From contig CBDFLQ010000006.1 in the NCBI GenBank assembly GCA_965249275.1, forward strand, positions 448,307-512,306: DNA of 64,000 nucleotides, in the 5' to 3' direction. Origin of the DNA: Dehalococcoidia bacterium. GTDB lineage: Bacteria > Chloroflexota > Dehalococcoidia > Plut-88900. The notes beneath the pieces were generated by a model that was given only the letters and a program-made list of their open reading frames with translations, had not been told where the DNA came from and did no database searches. Position numbers and translations under genes: made by a program. Shown piece after piece: positions 35,433 to 45,140 of this stretch (position 1 is its first letter; each line of letters opens with the position of its first letter).

Positions 35433-38258
35433 ATGACTACCACAGCTCCCATTTCTCTCAACGTCAACGGCTTGACTCACACCGTTGAAGCATCGCCTGA
35501 CAGCACCCTTTTGGAAGTCCTGAGAAATGACCTTGACTTAATCGGGGCAAAGCAGGCCTGTGACGTTGGTGAATGTGGTAGTTGCATAGTCATGTTCGGC
35601 GGCAAGGGCGTCATGTCATGCCTCCTCCCAGCCCGACGCGCCCAAACCAAGCCCATAGTCACAATCGAGGGCCTCGCCGACTGGCACTCCCAATCTAAAG
35701 AGGCTCCAGCCCCAGAAAGTTCCGACCTCCACCCGCTCCAACAGGCTTTCATAGACTTGGGCGCCTCACAGTGTGGCTACTGCATACCGGGAATCATCAT
35801 GGAAGCCTCGGCCCTCCTGGCCAAGAATTCCAACCCCACCCGAGACGACGTAGTCAAACGTTTGTCCCGTAACATCTGCCGCTGCACCGGCTACGTTAAA
35901 GTGGTCGAGGCAGTCCTAGGTGCGGCAGAGGCCATTCGTAGCGGCACGCTTACCTTGAAGGAAGCATCCAATGGTGGACCGACGGTAGGAGCTAGCATAA
36001 CCCGGGTCGACGATAGGGAAAAAGTGACTGGCGAGGCCCGCTATGCCGCCGACCTCAAGATGACTGGCGTCCTTCACGCCAAGGTCCTTCGCAGCAAGGT
36101 CCACCACGCCCGTATCATCTCTATCGACACCAGTGCCGCCGAAGCCGTCCCCGGTATTGAAGCCGTCGTCACTGCCAAGGACATCCCCGGCTCACCCGAA
36201 ATGCCCAACGCCAAACCCCAGCGCTTCCTCTTCCCCTCGGACAAGATTCGGTTTATGGGTGAAGCCCTCGCCGCGGTCGCAGCGGAATCGGAAGAAGCTG
36301 CAGAAGAGGCTCTATCCAAGATAGTCGTTGAATATGAAGAACTCCCTCCGGTCCTCGACTTCCGCAAAGCAGATGACCCCGAAGCTCCCCTGATCAATCC
36401 CCCCGAGCCGAATACGGTTATTTCCAGGAGAGTCATCTCAGGCGATGCCAAGGCAGCTATGGAAAAAGCCGACGTTGTGGTCAGGAACACCTTTTCCACC
36501 CCCCGCTGGGAGCACTTCTACATGGAACCCGAGGCGGGCCTTGGTTATATCGACGATGACGGTCGTATCTTCCTGAACTTCCCTTCCCATGAACCCTTCG
36601 AGGGTCACGACTTCGTAGCTAGTATGCTCAACCTCGACCGCGACCGCGTCAGAATATTCTGCCCGACAATGGGTGGAAACTTCGGTGGTCGGGAAGACTA
36701 CATGCTGGTAGGTGTATTGGCCTTGCTGGTACACAAGACCCGAAAGCCTGTGAGGCTGGTCTTCACCAGGGAGGAATCTCTGCTGGGCTCCTCCAAGTGG
36801 TTCGGCTTTTATGTTGACTGCACCACCGGCGCAACCAAGGATGGAAAACTCGTTGCTATCGACTCCCATGTGCTGGTAGACGGTGGAAATTGGAGCCACG
36901 AGCCGGGTCAGGAGATTAACGACTGTGTGGGCCGAAACGTCTACTTCCTCACCGGTCCTTACCTCGTCCCCGAAGTCCGCATCGAGACCAGCGAGGCATG
37001 CACCAATAGCGGCCGTGCTATACCCATCAGGGGTATAACCAGCATTAACGCCGCCCTCGTCCACGAAAGCCAGATGGACATCCTCGCCGAAAAGCTGGGC
37101 ATGGACAAGCTGGACATCAGGATCAAGAACGCCCTCCAGGTCGGCGACACCCTCCACACTGGAATGTTACTTGAGGAGAGCGTGGAGGTTAAGGCGACCC
37201 TGGAACAGTCCAAAGGCCCCTATGCTGAGGCCCGCGCCCGAGCCCAGGCCTCCCCACCCCCCGCTCCGTGGCAGAGAGGCGTGGGCATTGGGACCGGTTG
37301 GAGAGCTGTAGGCGTCGGCGGCACATATTCCGCCGCCGCCGATTTGTTGGAATCGGGGAAGGTGCAAGTGTTGGTGGGAGCAGTCGAGAAGGGCCAGGGG
37401 AGCAGGACCGCCATGGCGCAGATCGCCGCGCAAGAGCTCGGCTTGCCTCTCGACGCCATTGAAGTGGTCATGGGCGACACCATTGCCGCTCCCTACCATC
37501 ACATAACCGCTTCCCAGGGTACTATCACTCTCGTAGGCGGCGCAGTCCAACAGGCCTCGAAAGCACTGAAGAAGGCGCTTTTAGAAGTCGCTTCCGAGGT
37601 CCTTGAAGACACCCCCGAGAACATCAAGTGTTCCGGCGGACGTGTCTCCTCCACCCGGGCCCCGGGAGAGCAACTCTCCTTCCAGGAGCTCGCCCGACAC
37701 CTCGAGACCAAAGGCCTCCCCACCAAGTACGAAGGCTCGTTCGCCTTTAAGTTTGCCAAGACCTACAGCGAAAAGTCCGGCCTGCAGGCCTTCGACCCGG
37801 TAAACGGCCAAGGGTCCAACTGCGACATCTTTGCATACGCCACCTGTCTCGCCGAGCTGGACGTCAACACGGAAACCGGCCAGGTCAAGGTCAACCGCGT
37901 TACCTACGTCGCCGACTCCGGCAAGATCATCCATCCCCTCAGCTTCGAAGGACAGTGTCAGGGAGGCGTTGTCTACGGTCTGGGTCTGGCCTTGAGCGAA
38001 GAATACATCCCCGGAGAGACCCGTACCATCAAGGACTACGGCCTTACCTCCATCCGTGAGGCGCCCGTAGAAATTGATGTCATCACCGTCGAAGGAAGCT
38101 ATTCCCAAGGGCCCTTCGGGGCCAAGGGTGGCGGCGAAATGAGCGACGTTCCCATCGTCGGGGCCATCATCAACGGCATCGCCGACGCCACCGGCGCCCG
38201 AGTCTACGATCTCCCCGCCACCCCCGAAAGAGTCCTGGAGGCCTTGGCCCGAGGCTAG
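35433..38258 (+). CDS. Molybdopterin oxidoreductase of the xanthine oxidase family with fused N-terminal 2x[2Fe-2S] domain (MOP-type aldehyde oxidoreductase architecture)
   Basis: 941 aa. CDVGECGSCIVMFGGKGVMSC (plant-type 2Fe-2S), CGYCIPG...CRCTGY (second cluster), GEARYAADL, MGGNFGGRED. No FAD subunit gene adjacent. Confidence 0.85.
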   Translation: MTTTAPISLNVNGLTHTVEASPDSTLLEVLRNDLDLIGAKQACDVGECGSCIVMFGGKGVMSCLLPARRAQTKPIVTIEGLADWHSQSKEAPAPESSDLHPLQQAFIDLGASQCGYCIPGIIMEASALLAKNSNPTRDDVVKRLSRNICRCTGYVKVVEAVLGAAEAIRSGTLTLKEASNGGPTVGASITRVDDREKVTGEARYAADLKMTGVLHAKVLRSKVHHARIISIDTSAAEAVPGIEAVVTAKDIPGSPEMPNAKPQRFLFPSDKIRFMGEALAAVAAESEEAAEEALSKIVVEYEELPPVLDFRKADDPEAPLINPPEPNTVISRRVISGDAKAAMEKADVVVRNTFSTPRWEHFYMEPEAGLGYIDDDGRIFLNFPSHEPFEGHDFVASMLNLDRDRVRIFCPTMGGNFGGREDYMLVGVLALLVHKTRKPVRLVFTREESLLGSSKWFGFYVDCTTGATKDGKLVAIDSHVLVDGGNWSHEPGQEINDCVGRNVYFLTGPYLVPEVRIETSEACTNSGRAIPIRGITSINAALVHESQMDILAEKLGMDKLDIRIKNALQVGDTLHTGMLLEESVEVKATLEQSKGPYAEARARAQASPPPAPWQRGVGIGTGWRAVGVGGTYSAAADLLESGKVQVLVGAVEKGQGSRTAMAQIAAQELGLPLDAIEVVMGDTIAAPYHHITASQGTITLVGGAVQQASKALKKALLEVASEVLEDTPENIKCSGGRVSSTRAPGEQLSFQELARHLETKGLPTKYEGSFAFKFAKTYSEKSGLQAFDPVNGQGSNCDIFAYATCLAELDVNTETGQVKVNRVTYVADSGKIIHPLSFEGQCQGGVVYGLGLALSEEYIPGETRTIKDYGLTSIREAPVEIDVITVEGSYSQGPFGAKGGGEMSDVPIVGAIINGIADATGARVYDLPATPERVLEALARG

Positions 38259-38280
38259 GCCTCACCCTCTCGGTAAAATA

Positions 38281-39519
38281 GTGAGAACCCTTCTGGCGAT
38301 CCGGGACAAGCGGGCCTACGGCTGGGCCGTCCTGGTATCCTTCACTATCAACTACGCCTTAGTCGTAGTTGTCTTCATGACCTTGGGCCTGCTTCTCCCG
38401 GATATCAGGGAAGACCTGGGCATTGACGTCCGGGGAGCCGGCTGGCTCGCCTCGTCTCTCCTAATCGCCAACCTCTTCCTCGAAATACCTCTGAACTGGG
38501 TGTTGTCCAAGTTCCGGCCCTGGAGGGTGGCCACCATCGCCTTCCTTGGCACGCTGGCTATGGTCTTCCTTCATTCCTTCTCCCCTACCTTCACCATCTT
38601 GGTTATCGCCAGGGTGGGCCTGGGAGTCTTCTACCTCTCAACCCAACCACCCAGGACTCTTCTAATCCTCATGTGGCTCCCCAAGAAGAGCGTAGGGCTC
38701 GCCAACGGTATGCTTTTTGGCATAATGGCCCTCTTCGAGGGAGCCGGCTTCATCCTGATCCCACAAATCAATGACTGGACGGGCGGCTGGCGAGAGACCC
38801 TCTTCGTGTGGGCCATCCTATGTGCCGCCGGGACCCTCGTCTGGACTATAGTTGGGGTCGACCGCAAGTCCTTGCAGCTTGAGCCCGGCCCCGATCCCCC
38901 TCCCCAGTACGTCAATCCTCTCCGCTCTCTCCTGAAGTACAAGGAACCTTGGTTCCTGGGCCTCGGCCTTTCCGCAGGCATCGCAGGCAGGTTGGCCTTC
39001 GACACTTGGTGGCCTACCTTCGCCGAAAACACCTATGGCATCGAAAAAACGGCAGCAGGTCAGGTTCTTGCTGTGATCTCAGTTTCCGGGTTTCCTTCTT
39101 CCCTGGGCCTGTCCGCAATACCCTATCTTGTACGCAAGCCTGCACTAGCCTTGATCGCCGCAGGTATGATGCTTGCAGGCAGCTACATAGCCATGCTCTT
39201 CACTGGGTCGCTTCTTTACCTGTTCCTCCTGGCCTTGATAAACGGCTTCGCTTTTGGATTTTTCCCCCTGATGATGGCATCCTTCTACAACTTGCGCGGC
39301 ATCCAACCGAGAGACCTGGCCGTTGTCGTGGCCCTCGTCTACACCATTATGTGGGGTGGCGCCGCCATCGGACCCGTCCTCTCAGGTTTCATTGCCGGCA
39401 ACGACGAAAACCTGCGGCAGGGTATCTTGGTGTTATGCTTTGGACCGCTCGGCATATCCCTATCCGGCCTGTGGCTACTGCTTCGCCGCCCCCCCGAGGG
39501 CCCTGCCTTAACCTCTTAA
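38281..39519 (+). CDS. MFS transporter, paralog 1
   Basis: 412 aa with 12 helices. About 35-40% identical to the next gene by eye. Confidence 0.8.
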   Translation: MRTLLAIRDKRAYGWAVLVSFTINYALVVVVFMTLGLLLPDIREDLGIDVRGAGWLASSLLIANLFLEIPLNWVLSKFRPWRVATIAFLGTLAMVFLHSFSPTFTILVIARVGLGVFYLSTQPPRTLLILMWLPKKSVGLANGMLFGIMALFEGAGFILIPQINDWTGGWRETLFVWAILCAAGTLVWTIVGVDRKSLQLEPGPDPPPQYVNPLRSLLKYKEPWFLGLGLSAGIAGRLAFDTWWPTFAENTYGIEKTAAGQVLAVISVSGFPSSLGLSAIPYLVRKPALALIAAGMMLAGSYIAMLFTGSLLYLFLLALINGFAFGFFPLMMASFYNLRGIQPRDLAVVVALVYTIMWGGAAIGPVLSGFIAGNDENLRQGILVLCFGPLGISLSGLWLLLRRPPEGPALTS

Positions 39520-39540
39520 GATGGACACCGCCTAAAGCTA

Positions 39541-40785
39541 ATGGCCACCCAGCCCGAATACATAGGCCCTTACCGATGGGTCATAGTAACCTCGGTAACC
39601 ACACTTACTGGTGCCCATCTGGTAGTCATCTACATTATTGGCCTGCTCCTGCCGGACATGATCAAGGATTTGGACCTGTCCCCTACAGAGCAGGGATGGG
39701 TCGGTTCCTCCGTCCTGTTGGCAAACCTCGTCATGGCCATCCCTCTAAACACGCTGCTGTCCAGATTCAAGCCCTGGAGGGTCATCGCCATAATGTCCGT
39801 GGCAGTTGCCGGGTTCGGCTTCCTCCAGGGCTGGTCCCCTGTCTTGGCTGCGTTAATCATAGGGAGGGTGGGAGTCGGACTTGGCTTCGCAGCTACCATG
39901 GCGCCCCGAGCCATGATGCTTCAGCAGTGGTCCACCCAGCGCCGCATAGCTCTTACCAACGGCGCATGGGTATCCGGTGTCGACGTTTTGATGGGCGTCG
40001 GATTCCTGGTCACTCCTTTTGTGCTGGACTGGGTTGGTAGCTGGCAGGGCGTCTACTACTTCTGGGGTTTTGTCAGTCTCGGCCTGGCCGGCCTCTGGCT
40101 CGTTTTCGGCAAGGAGAGGCCCACCGGCGAATACCGAGACAGGATGGCTACCCAGCAGGGCAGCCCACTCACCGTCTTTCGAAAATATCCCGAGCTCTGG
40201 ATTGTCGGCCTCGGAATGTTCGGCGGCATGACCGCCAACACCGGTTTTCAGACGTTCTGGCCTCGCCTGGCGGAAGAGCAGCTCAGCATCGACCCGAAGA
40301 TCGTAGCCCTCACCCTTGCTTTCCAGGCCTTTGCCACTGCACCCCTTGGATTCCTCGTCAACGCCGTCCCTCGTTTCGTCGGCAAGCAGCCCCTGATACT
40401 AGCCTTTGGCGGACTTGCCGTCACCGCTTCCTACATCAGCCTCCTGTACGTCACAGACACGCGGGTTGTTCTCCTTCTGGGTATTGGGGAGGGAATATCC
40501 CGGGTCTATTTCCCCGTCCTGATGACCATGGTGTTCCAGCTCCCGGGAGTCAAACCCCGAGAAGCTGGTGTCGGACTCACTTTCATAGAGACTTGTATTT
40601 GGGGTGGCGGTGCGCTCGGGCCCCTTGTTGTAGGCTTCGTGGAGGAAGCCACCGGTGACCTGAGGACGGCTATTTTGGTCATCTGTTTCGCACCCCTGGT
40701 CCTGATACCCGTTGCGGGATTATTGGCGCTTCGCAGGTGGGACCCCTTCGCAAACCTTGCCCCGGGTCGTGCGCCTGGCTCTTAG
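39541..40785 (+). CDS. MFS transporter, paralog 2
   Basis: 414 aa with 12 helices. Confidence 0.8.
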   Translation: MATQPEYIGPYRWVIVTSVTTLTGAHLVVIYIIGLLLPDMIKDLDLSPTEQGWVGSSVLLANLVMAIPLNTLLSRFKPWRVIAIMSVAVAGFGFLQGWSPVLAALIIGRVGVGLGFAATMAPRAMMLQQWSTQRRIALTNGAWVSGVDVLMGVGFLVTPFVLDWVGSWQGVYYFWGFVSLGLAGLWLVFGKERPTGEYRDRMATQQGSPLTVFRKYPELWIVGLGMFGGMTANTGFQTFWPRLAEEQLSIDPKIVALTLAFQAFATAPLGFLVNAVPRFVGKQPLILAFGGLAVTASYISLLYVTDTRVVLLLGIGEGISRVYFPVLMTMVFQLPGVKPREAGVGLTFIETCIWGGGALGPLVVGFVEEATGDLRTAILVICFAPLVLIPVAGLLALRRWDPFANLAPGRAPGS

Positions 40786-42059
40786 CCCAGGAACCTCCAA
40801 TCGAACGGCGCCTGAGAAATGACCTCGGGTTCGTTCCGGGTGATTATCACCTGCTCTTCCAGCTTCACCTGTTCCAGCCCGTTCTCCCGACCCCAACTGG
40901 ACTCGACGGAAATCACCATGTTTTCCTCCAGCACACCGGGATAGTTCCCAAATCCCGTGTCGCTCCCGTCCGGGAAGAAGATCGCCGGGTATTCGTCTGA
41001 CATGCCGTCCCCGTGGGCCAGAATGGTGTAGCGGTTAGCTCTGTACTCCTCCGGCATTTGGGGAGCTCTCTCAGAAATCTCCTGGAAGCTCACACCCGCC
41101 CGATACAGCGGTAGGCAGTCCTGGAGGAATTGGTAGGCCCGCTTGTAGGCATCCGACTGCTCCTCATTTGGCTTAGCATCTCCGCATAGGTAAGTCCGGG
41201 ATATGTCGGCGAAGTAGCCCAGTGGGCCTGCCATGTCCGTATCGATAGTCACGAGATTACCAGGCAGCACCAGCCGGTCCGAGGCCTCGCGCTTGAGCCA
41301 CGGATTGGTGTTCCCTCCCGCGCAGAGCAGCTTGGAGTCCGTCCTTTCTCCCCCAAAATTCAGATTCGTCGACGCGAGTACGGCGTAAAGTTCGTTTTCG
41401 GTGACACCGGGCTCGATCGCTTCCTGCACCTTCGCCAGGGCCACGTCCCCGATGGCACATGCCTGCTTGATCAGGACCAGCTCGTCCTCGGTCTTGATCA
41501 TCCTGGCCAGATTCATGAGCATTAGCCCATCCTCAAGAGACACTCCCTGTTCCTCAAGTGAGTGGATGGTCAGAATGTCCGACCTATCCATCGCAAGCTG
41601 TTCACCGGCGATGTTCAACTCCGTCAACACGTCCCGCATCTCTACCGCCCACCTTTTCGTCGCTTCGACTACGTAGCTCCCCGTACGCCACGAGTCCATG
41701 TTCGACGCAGGCCGACCTATGACATCATCCCCCAATACCGGAGCCTCGGTGACCGAGGGCATGAATAGAATCGGCTTACCCTCTCGGGGAATCAGGGCAT
41801 GGCGGCCCTTCAGGTGCAGCAGGAAAGTCTCGAAGTTGCGAGCCCCGATAGCGTAGCGCACGTTAATCGGGTCGAATAAAAGCAGTCCGCCCAGGTTGGC
41901 CCGCGCCAGTTCCGCCTGAATACGCCCGATGCGCTCCCGCCGGAGCCTCCGCACGTCAACCCGCTCCTCAAAGTCGACCACCTGAGTCCCGACAACATCT
42001 TTTTCATGGATTCGCTTGGCACACAATGCTCTATCCCTCGCTTCCTGTTTACGGCCCAT
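40782..42059 (-). CDS. M24-family hydrolase (creatinase/prolidase fold)
   Basis: 425 aa with an N-terminal creatinase/prolidase-type domain and a pita-bread C-terminal domain. HGDGMSDEYP replaces the canonical HGxGxxxHE. Confidence 0.7.
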   Translation of the reverse strand: MGRKQEARDRALCAKRIHEKDVVGTQVVDFEERVDVRRLRRERIGRIQAELARANLGGLLLFDPINVRYAIGARNFETFLLHLKGRHALIPREGKPILFMPSVTEAPVLGDDVIGRPASNMDSWRTGSYVVEATKRWAVEMRDVLTELNIAGEQLAMDRSDILTIHSLEEQGVSLEDGLMLMNLARMIKTEDELVLIKQACAIGDVALAKVQEAIEPGVTENELYAVLASTNLNFGGERTDSKLLCAGGNTNPWLKREASDRLVLPGNLVTIDTDMAGPLGYFADISRTYLCGDAKPNEEQSDAYKRAYQFLQDCLPLYRAGVSFQEISERAPQMPEEYRANRYTILAHGDGMSDEYPAIFFPDGSDTGFGNYPGVLEENMVISVESSWGRENGLEQVKLEEQVIITRNEPEVISQAPFDWRFLG

Positions 42060-42201
42060 TCCACGCAGGGCTGATTCTAGGAGTGGGGAATGGCATGGTC
42101 AATGAACTGACCACGGCCATTGCCTTAGTCCAGGTTGGAATGTAGGATTGTCCAATCCGTGTTCACAGGCCCGAAATTACCATACCGAATAGGACTTTAA
42201 A

Positions 42202-43365
42202 ATGAATCAGAAGGTAGTGTCCGCTGACTGTCACATAGACCTGAGCTGGTTGCCGGAAGACCTCTTCATCAACCGTGCCCCGGCTCACCTGCAGTCCGCA
42301 ATGCCCAGGGTCGAAGAGACCGAAGACGGCCGTTGGTGGAAAATCGAAGACGCAGTCATATCCAGGGTAGCCGGTTCCGGACTCAGCGGCACTGGCGAAA
42401 AGTATGTGCCCGGTTTTTCCCTCCACCTCGACAAAATGGAGGAAGAAGGTTTCTTCTCCGATGCCGCAGAGGGCCTCTACCACCCCACCACCCCCGAACT
42501 CCGGCTCCGGGACCAGGACATCGATGGCATTAGCGGGGAGGTAATCTACGGAATTCTCGGGGTAGCCAGCGGGTTCGCCGCCGGCGGAGACGCCGTACGC
42601 AACTCCGAGGCCCTGGGCGCGATCTACGAGATTTACAATGAGTGGGCATCCGAGTTCTGCGCCACAAACCCCGACCGATTCATAGGACTCGCATGCCTCA
42701 CTAGCCACGATCCCAAGCTTGCTGCGCAACAGCTGGCTACCGCCGCGGACCTTGGCCTCCGCGGTGCCGAGTTCAACGTTTCCAGTGCTTCGACACCTAT
42801 CTATCAACCGGAATGGGACGAACTGTGGGCCGTCTCGGCAGAACGGCAAATGCCCATCTCATTCCACACTGTCGGGCTTCCATACCGGAAGCCTGACGCC
42901 GGCACCCCCGACTACTGCCAGTACGTTGCCATGGGTATAAACTTCACCCTCTTCCAGCTCTCTGGTGCCGAATATCTGGCAAGCATCATCCTTTCCGGCG
43001 CCTGCTCCAAAAACCCCGACTTCAACTTCGTCCTCGGCGAATGTGGCGTCGGCTGGATCCCTTATGTTCTCCACCGGTTGGACCAGGAGTACAAGGACCG
43101 GCTCTTCCACCTGAATCTGGAAATGGACCCCAGCGACTACTGGCGACGCCAGGGCCACTCCACCTTCCAGGACGAGGTCGTCACCCAGGAGCTAGTTGAC
43201 CTCATCGGAGTTTCCAACATCCTGTGGGGCTCAGACTACCCCCACCCCGACGGCATATGGCCCGAGTCCCGGCAGCTCCTCGAAACTAACTTGGCTGCCC
43301 TGGATGAGGAGACCCGGACAAACATCACCTACCGGAACGCCGCCGAGCTATACCGTTTCAACTAA
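42202..43365 (+). CDS. Amidohydrolase_2 (ACMSD-like) family hydrolase/decarboxylase, paralog 1
   Basis: 387 aa. VSADCHIDL and WGSDYPHPDG motifs. Confidence 0.8.
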   Translation: MNQKVVSADCHIDLSWLPEDLFINRAPAHLQSAMPRVEETEDGRWWKIEDAVISRVAGSGLSGTGEKYVPGFSLHLDKMEEEGFFSDAAEGLYHPTTPELRLRDQDIDGISGEVIYGILGVASGFAAGGDAVRNSEALGAIYEIYNEWASEFCATNPDRFIGLACLTSHDPKLAAQQLATAADLGLRGAEFNVSSASTPIYQPEWDELWAVSAERQMPISFHTVGLPYRKPDAGTPDYCQYVAMGINFTLFQLSGAEYLASIILSGACSKNPDFNFVLGECGVGWIPYVLHRLDQEYKDRLFHLNLEMDPSDYWRRQGHSTFQDEVVTQELVDLIGVSNILWGSDYPHPDGIWPESRQLLETNLAALDEETRTNITYRNAAELYRFN

Positions 43366-43420
43366 TAACCGGGCATCTACTGACCTGTCCTTTCCACGCC
43401 AACGACCCCCCTGCCTAATT

Positions 43421-43701
43421 GTCATTCCGAGGCTCCGCGAGGAATCTGGGGCTTGGGGGCCAATCCCCTCTCCCTTGATGAGTCGCAGATGCGCCGAGGA
43501 GAGTGAGAGTGATCCAGGTTCTGAAATTCAGCCTATCCATCTCCGGGCCCGAGATCTTCCTCTCCCCCTGAGCCGAGTCGAAACATGTCATGAGACCCTC
43601 GAAGTATGGGCAGGGGCGGTTGATTCGAATTCCCCGGGCGGGGCCGCTCGTGCTGTCGTAGATCCGCCAAGGCGGGAGGCTCTCGAAGTATGAGCGGGGG
43701 G
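43421..43701 (+). repeat. Composite array of intergenic repeat modules (GTCATTCCGAG...GGAATC hairpin, then C, B-like, A)
   Basis: Hairpin module 43421-43455. Module C 43463-43514. B-like 43571-43625. Module A long variant 43640-43701. The array generates the spurious ORF 43196..43693. Confidence 0.7.
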
Positions 43702-43891
43702 TGGGACAGGCTTGATCAAACGGCCGGCATTCCTAGTCCAATTCTCGCCCCTCCAACTAACCACAGAGAGTGAGGTTGTTCCGACTCCCAAAAGAGCAGT
43801 CACGCAATAGTCTAGTACCGAGAGATATCCCCCGTTCATCACGCCCTGATGTTCCCAACAGCCCTGCGCTAGCTGTATCATTCCCGTCCGC

Positions 43892-45124
43892 ATGAGCGCA
43901 CCCTACCATAGCCGCCCCACCGCGCCCCAATCGACCAACTACCGCTTCGTCATCATCATAGCGATGATGTTACCCCACGTCTTCGGGTTCATTATCCTGG
44001 AGAGCCTGGGGCTGATGCTCCCCAGCATCAACAGGGAGTTTCACCTTAGCCCAACGGAAGAGGGAATCCTGGGGTCTGCCCCCCGGATAGGAATGATGAT
44101 TCTCGCCCTTCCCGCGGGCTTGTGGTTCTCCAAACTCAATGCTAAACACGTCACCACAATTACCTTCATTCTTGGGGCGCTGCTGGTGCTGCTCCAGGGT
44201 TGGTCGCCTATCTTCGCTGTGCTTCTGCTGGCTAGGGCGCTCTACGGCATCAGCATGGTCGTCCGAGAGCCAGTCAGGGCAATGCTCGTACGCCAATGGG
44301 CCCTTCCCAGGGAAGTAGTCACGATCAACGCCCTTTCTAACATGTTGTGGGGCGTCACCGCCGTCGGTTTCCTGCTGGTACCCCTTCTACTAAGGGCCCT
44401 GGACGACGACTGGCGGACAACTTTTTATATCTTCGCCGCGGGCATCCTTGGACTGACCCTGATATGGCACATATTTGGCAAGGAGCGGATATCTCCTCAG
44501 TACCAGGCTGACATGCTTGCCCAGACCCGAAGCCCCATTTCTTCCATCTTCCGCTACAGGGAACTCTGGTTCCTCGCCTTCGGAGTCTTGGGCAACGCCG
44601 CCGCGTGGTCCGCCTTTGCTGTCTTCTGGCCCAGTTTGATGCTGGAGAAATTCGGCCTCTCCGAACTCACCTCCGGTTCCATCATTGCAATTGGTGGCGG
44701 AGTTTCGGCCTTTGCAGGCATAGGGGTGGGGATTCTGACCAACAAGATCGGTAAGAAGCGCGTCATCCTTTGGTGGTGCGGCGTCGGAATGGCCGTAACC
44801 CAGGTCGCATTCCTCTGGACGGGATCCTTTGGATGGCTGGTCCTGATCACTGCGGTCAACGGGGTGGCCTGGTCCCACTTCCCAATTGTCCTGACCATCC
44901 CATTCCAGCTGCCCAACATCAAGCCCCGAGAGATCGCTACCGCCATAGGGTTCCTGGAAACTGCCGTATGGGCCGGTGCTCTGGTCGGGCCCATACTCAC
45001 CGGCGCCCTGGAAGACTTCGCTCTGGATCCCCGACTTGCCCTTATGGTCACGGCAGCCATGCCGATAAGCCTGTCAATTGCCGCAATGCTCCTCCCGAGA
45101 AAGTGGGACGAGCTAACCGTCTAG
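43892..45124 (+). CDS. MFS transporter, paralog 3
   Basis: 410 aa with 12 helices. Related to 38281 and 39541. Confidence 0.8.
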   Translation: MSAPYHSRPTAPQSTNYRFVIIIAMMLPHVFGFIILESLGLMLPSINREFHLSPTEEGILGSAPRIGMMILALPAGLWFSKLNAKHVTTITFILGALLVLLQGWSPIFAVLLLARALYGISMVVREPVRAMLVRQWALPREVVTINALSNMLWGVTAVGFLLVPLLLRALDDDWRTTFYIFAAGILGLTLIWHIFGKERISPQYQADMLAQTRSPISSIFRYRELWFLAFGVLGNAAAWSAFAVFWPSLMLEKFGLSELTSGSIIAIGGGVSAFAGIGVGILTNKIGKKRVILWWCGVGMAVTQVAFLWTGSFGWLVLITAVNGVAWSHFPIVLTIPFQLPNIKPREIATAIGFLETAVWAGALVGPILTGALEDFALDPRLALMVTAAMPISLSIAAMLLPRKWDELTV

Positions 45125-45140
45125 CGCCCCGTGGCCCGCC

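Noticed and set aside
38949-40040. 363-aa plus-strand ORF spanning the junction of two MFS genes. Other long shadow ORFs of the same kind: 564..1214, 4569..5246, 5032..5772, 20848..21507, 28401..29051, 36438..37157, 47835..48746, 53774..54742
   Set aside because: All of them overlap genes with strong family motifs, either in another frame or on the opposite strand, and are Arg/Pro/Gly-rich, as expected for off-frame translation of GC-rich coding DNA.
40782-40785. Overlap of the convergent MFS and M24 genes
   Set aside because: It is only overlapping stop codons (TAG on plus, TAA on minus, within TTAG). This is a trivial consequence of tight packing.
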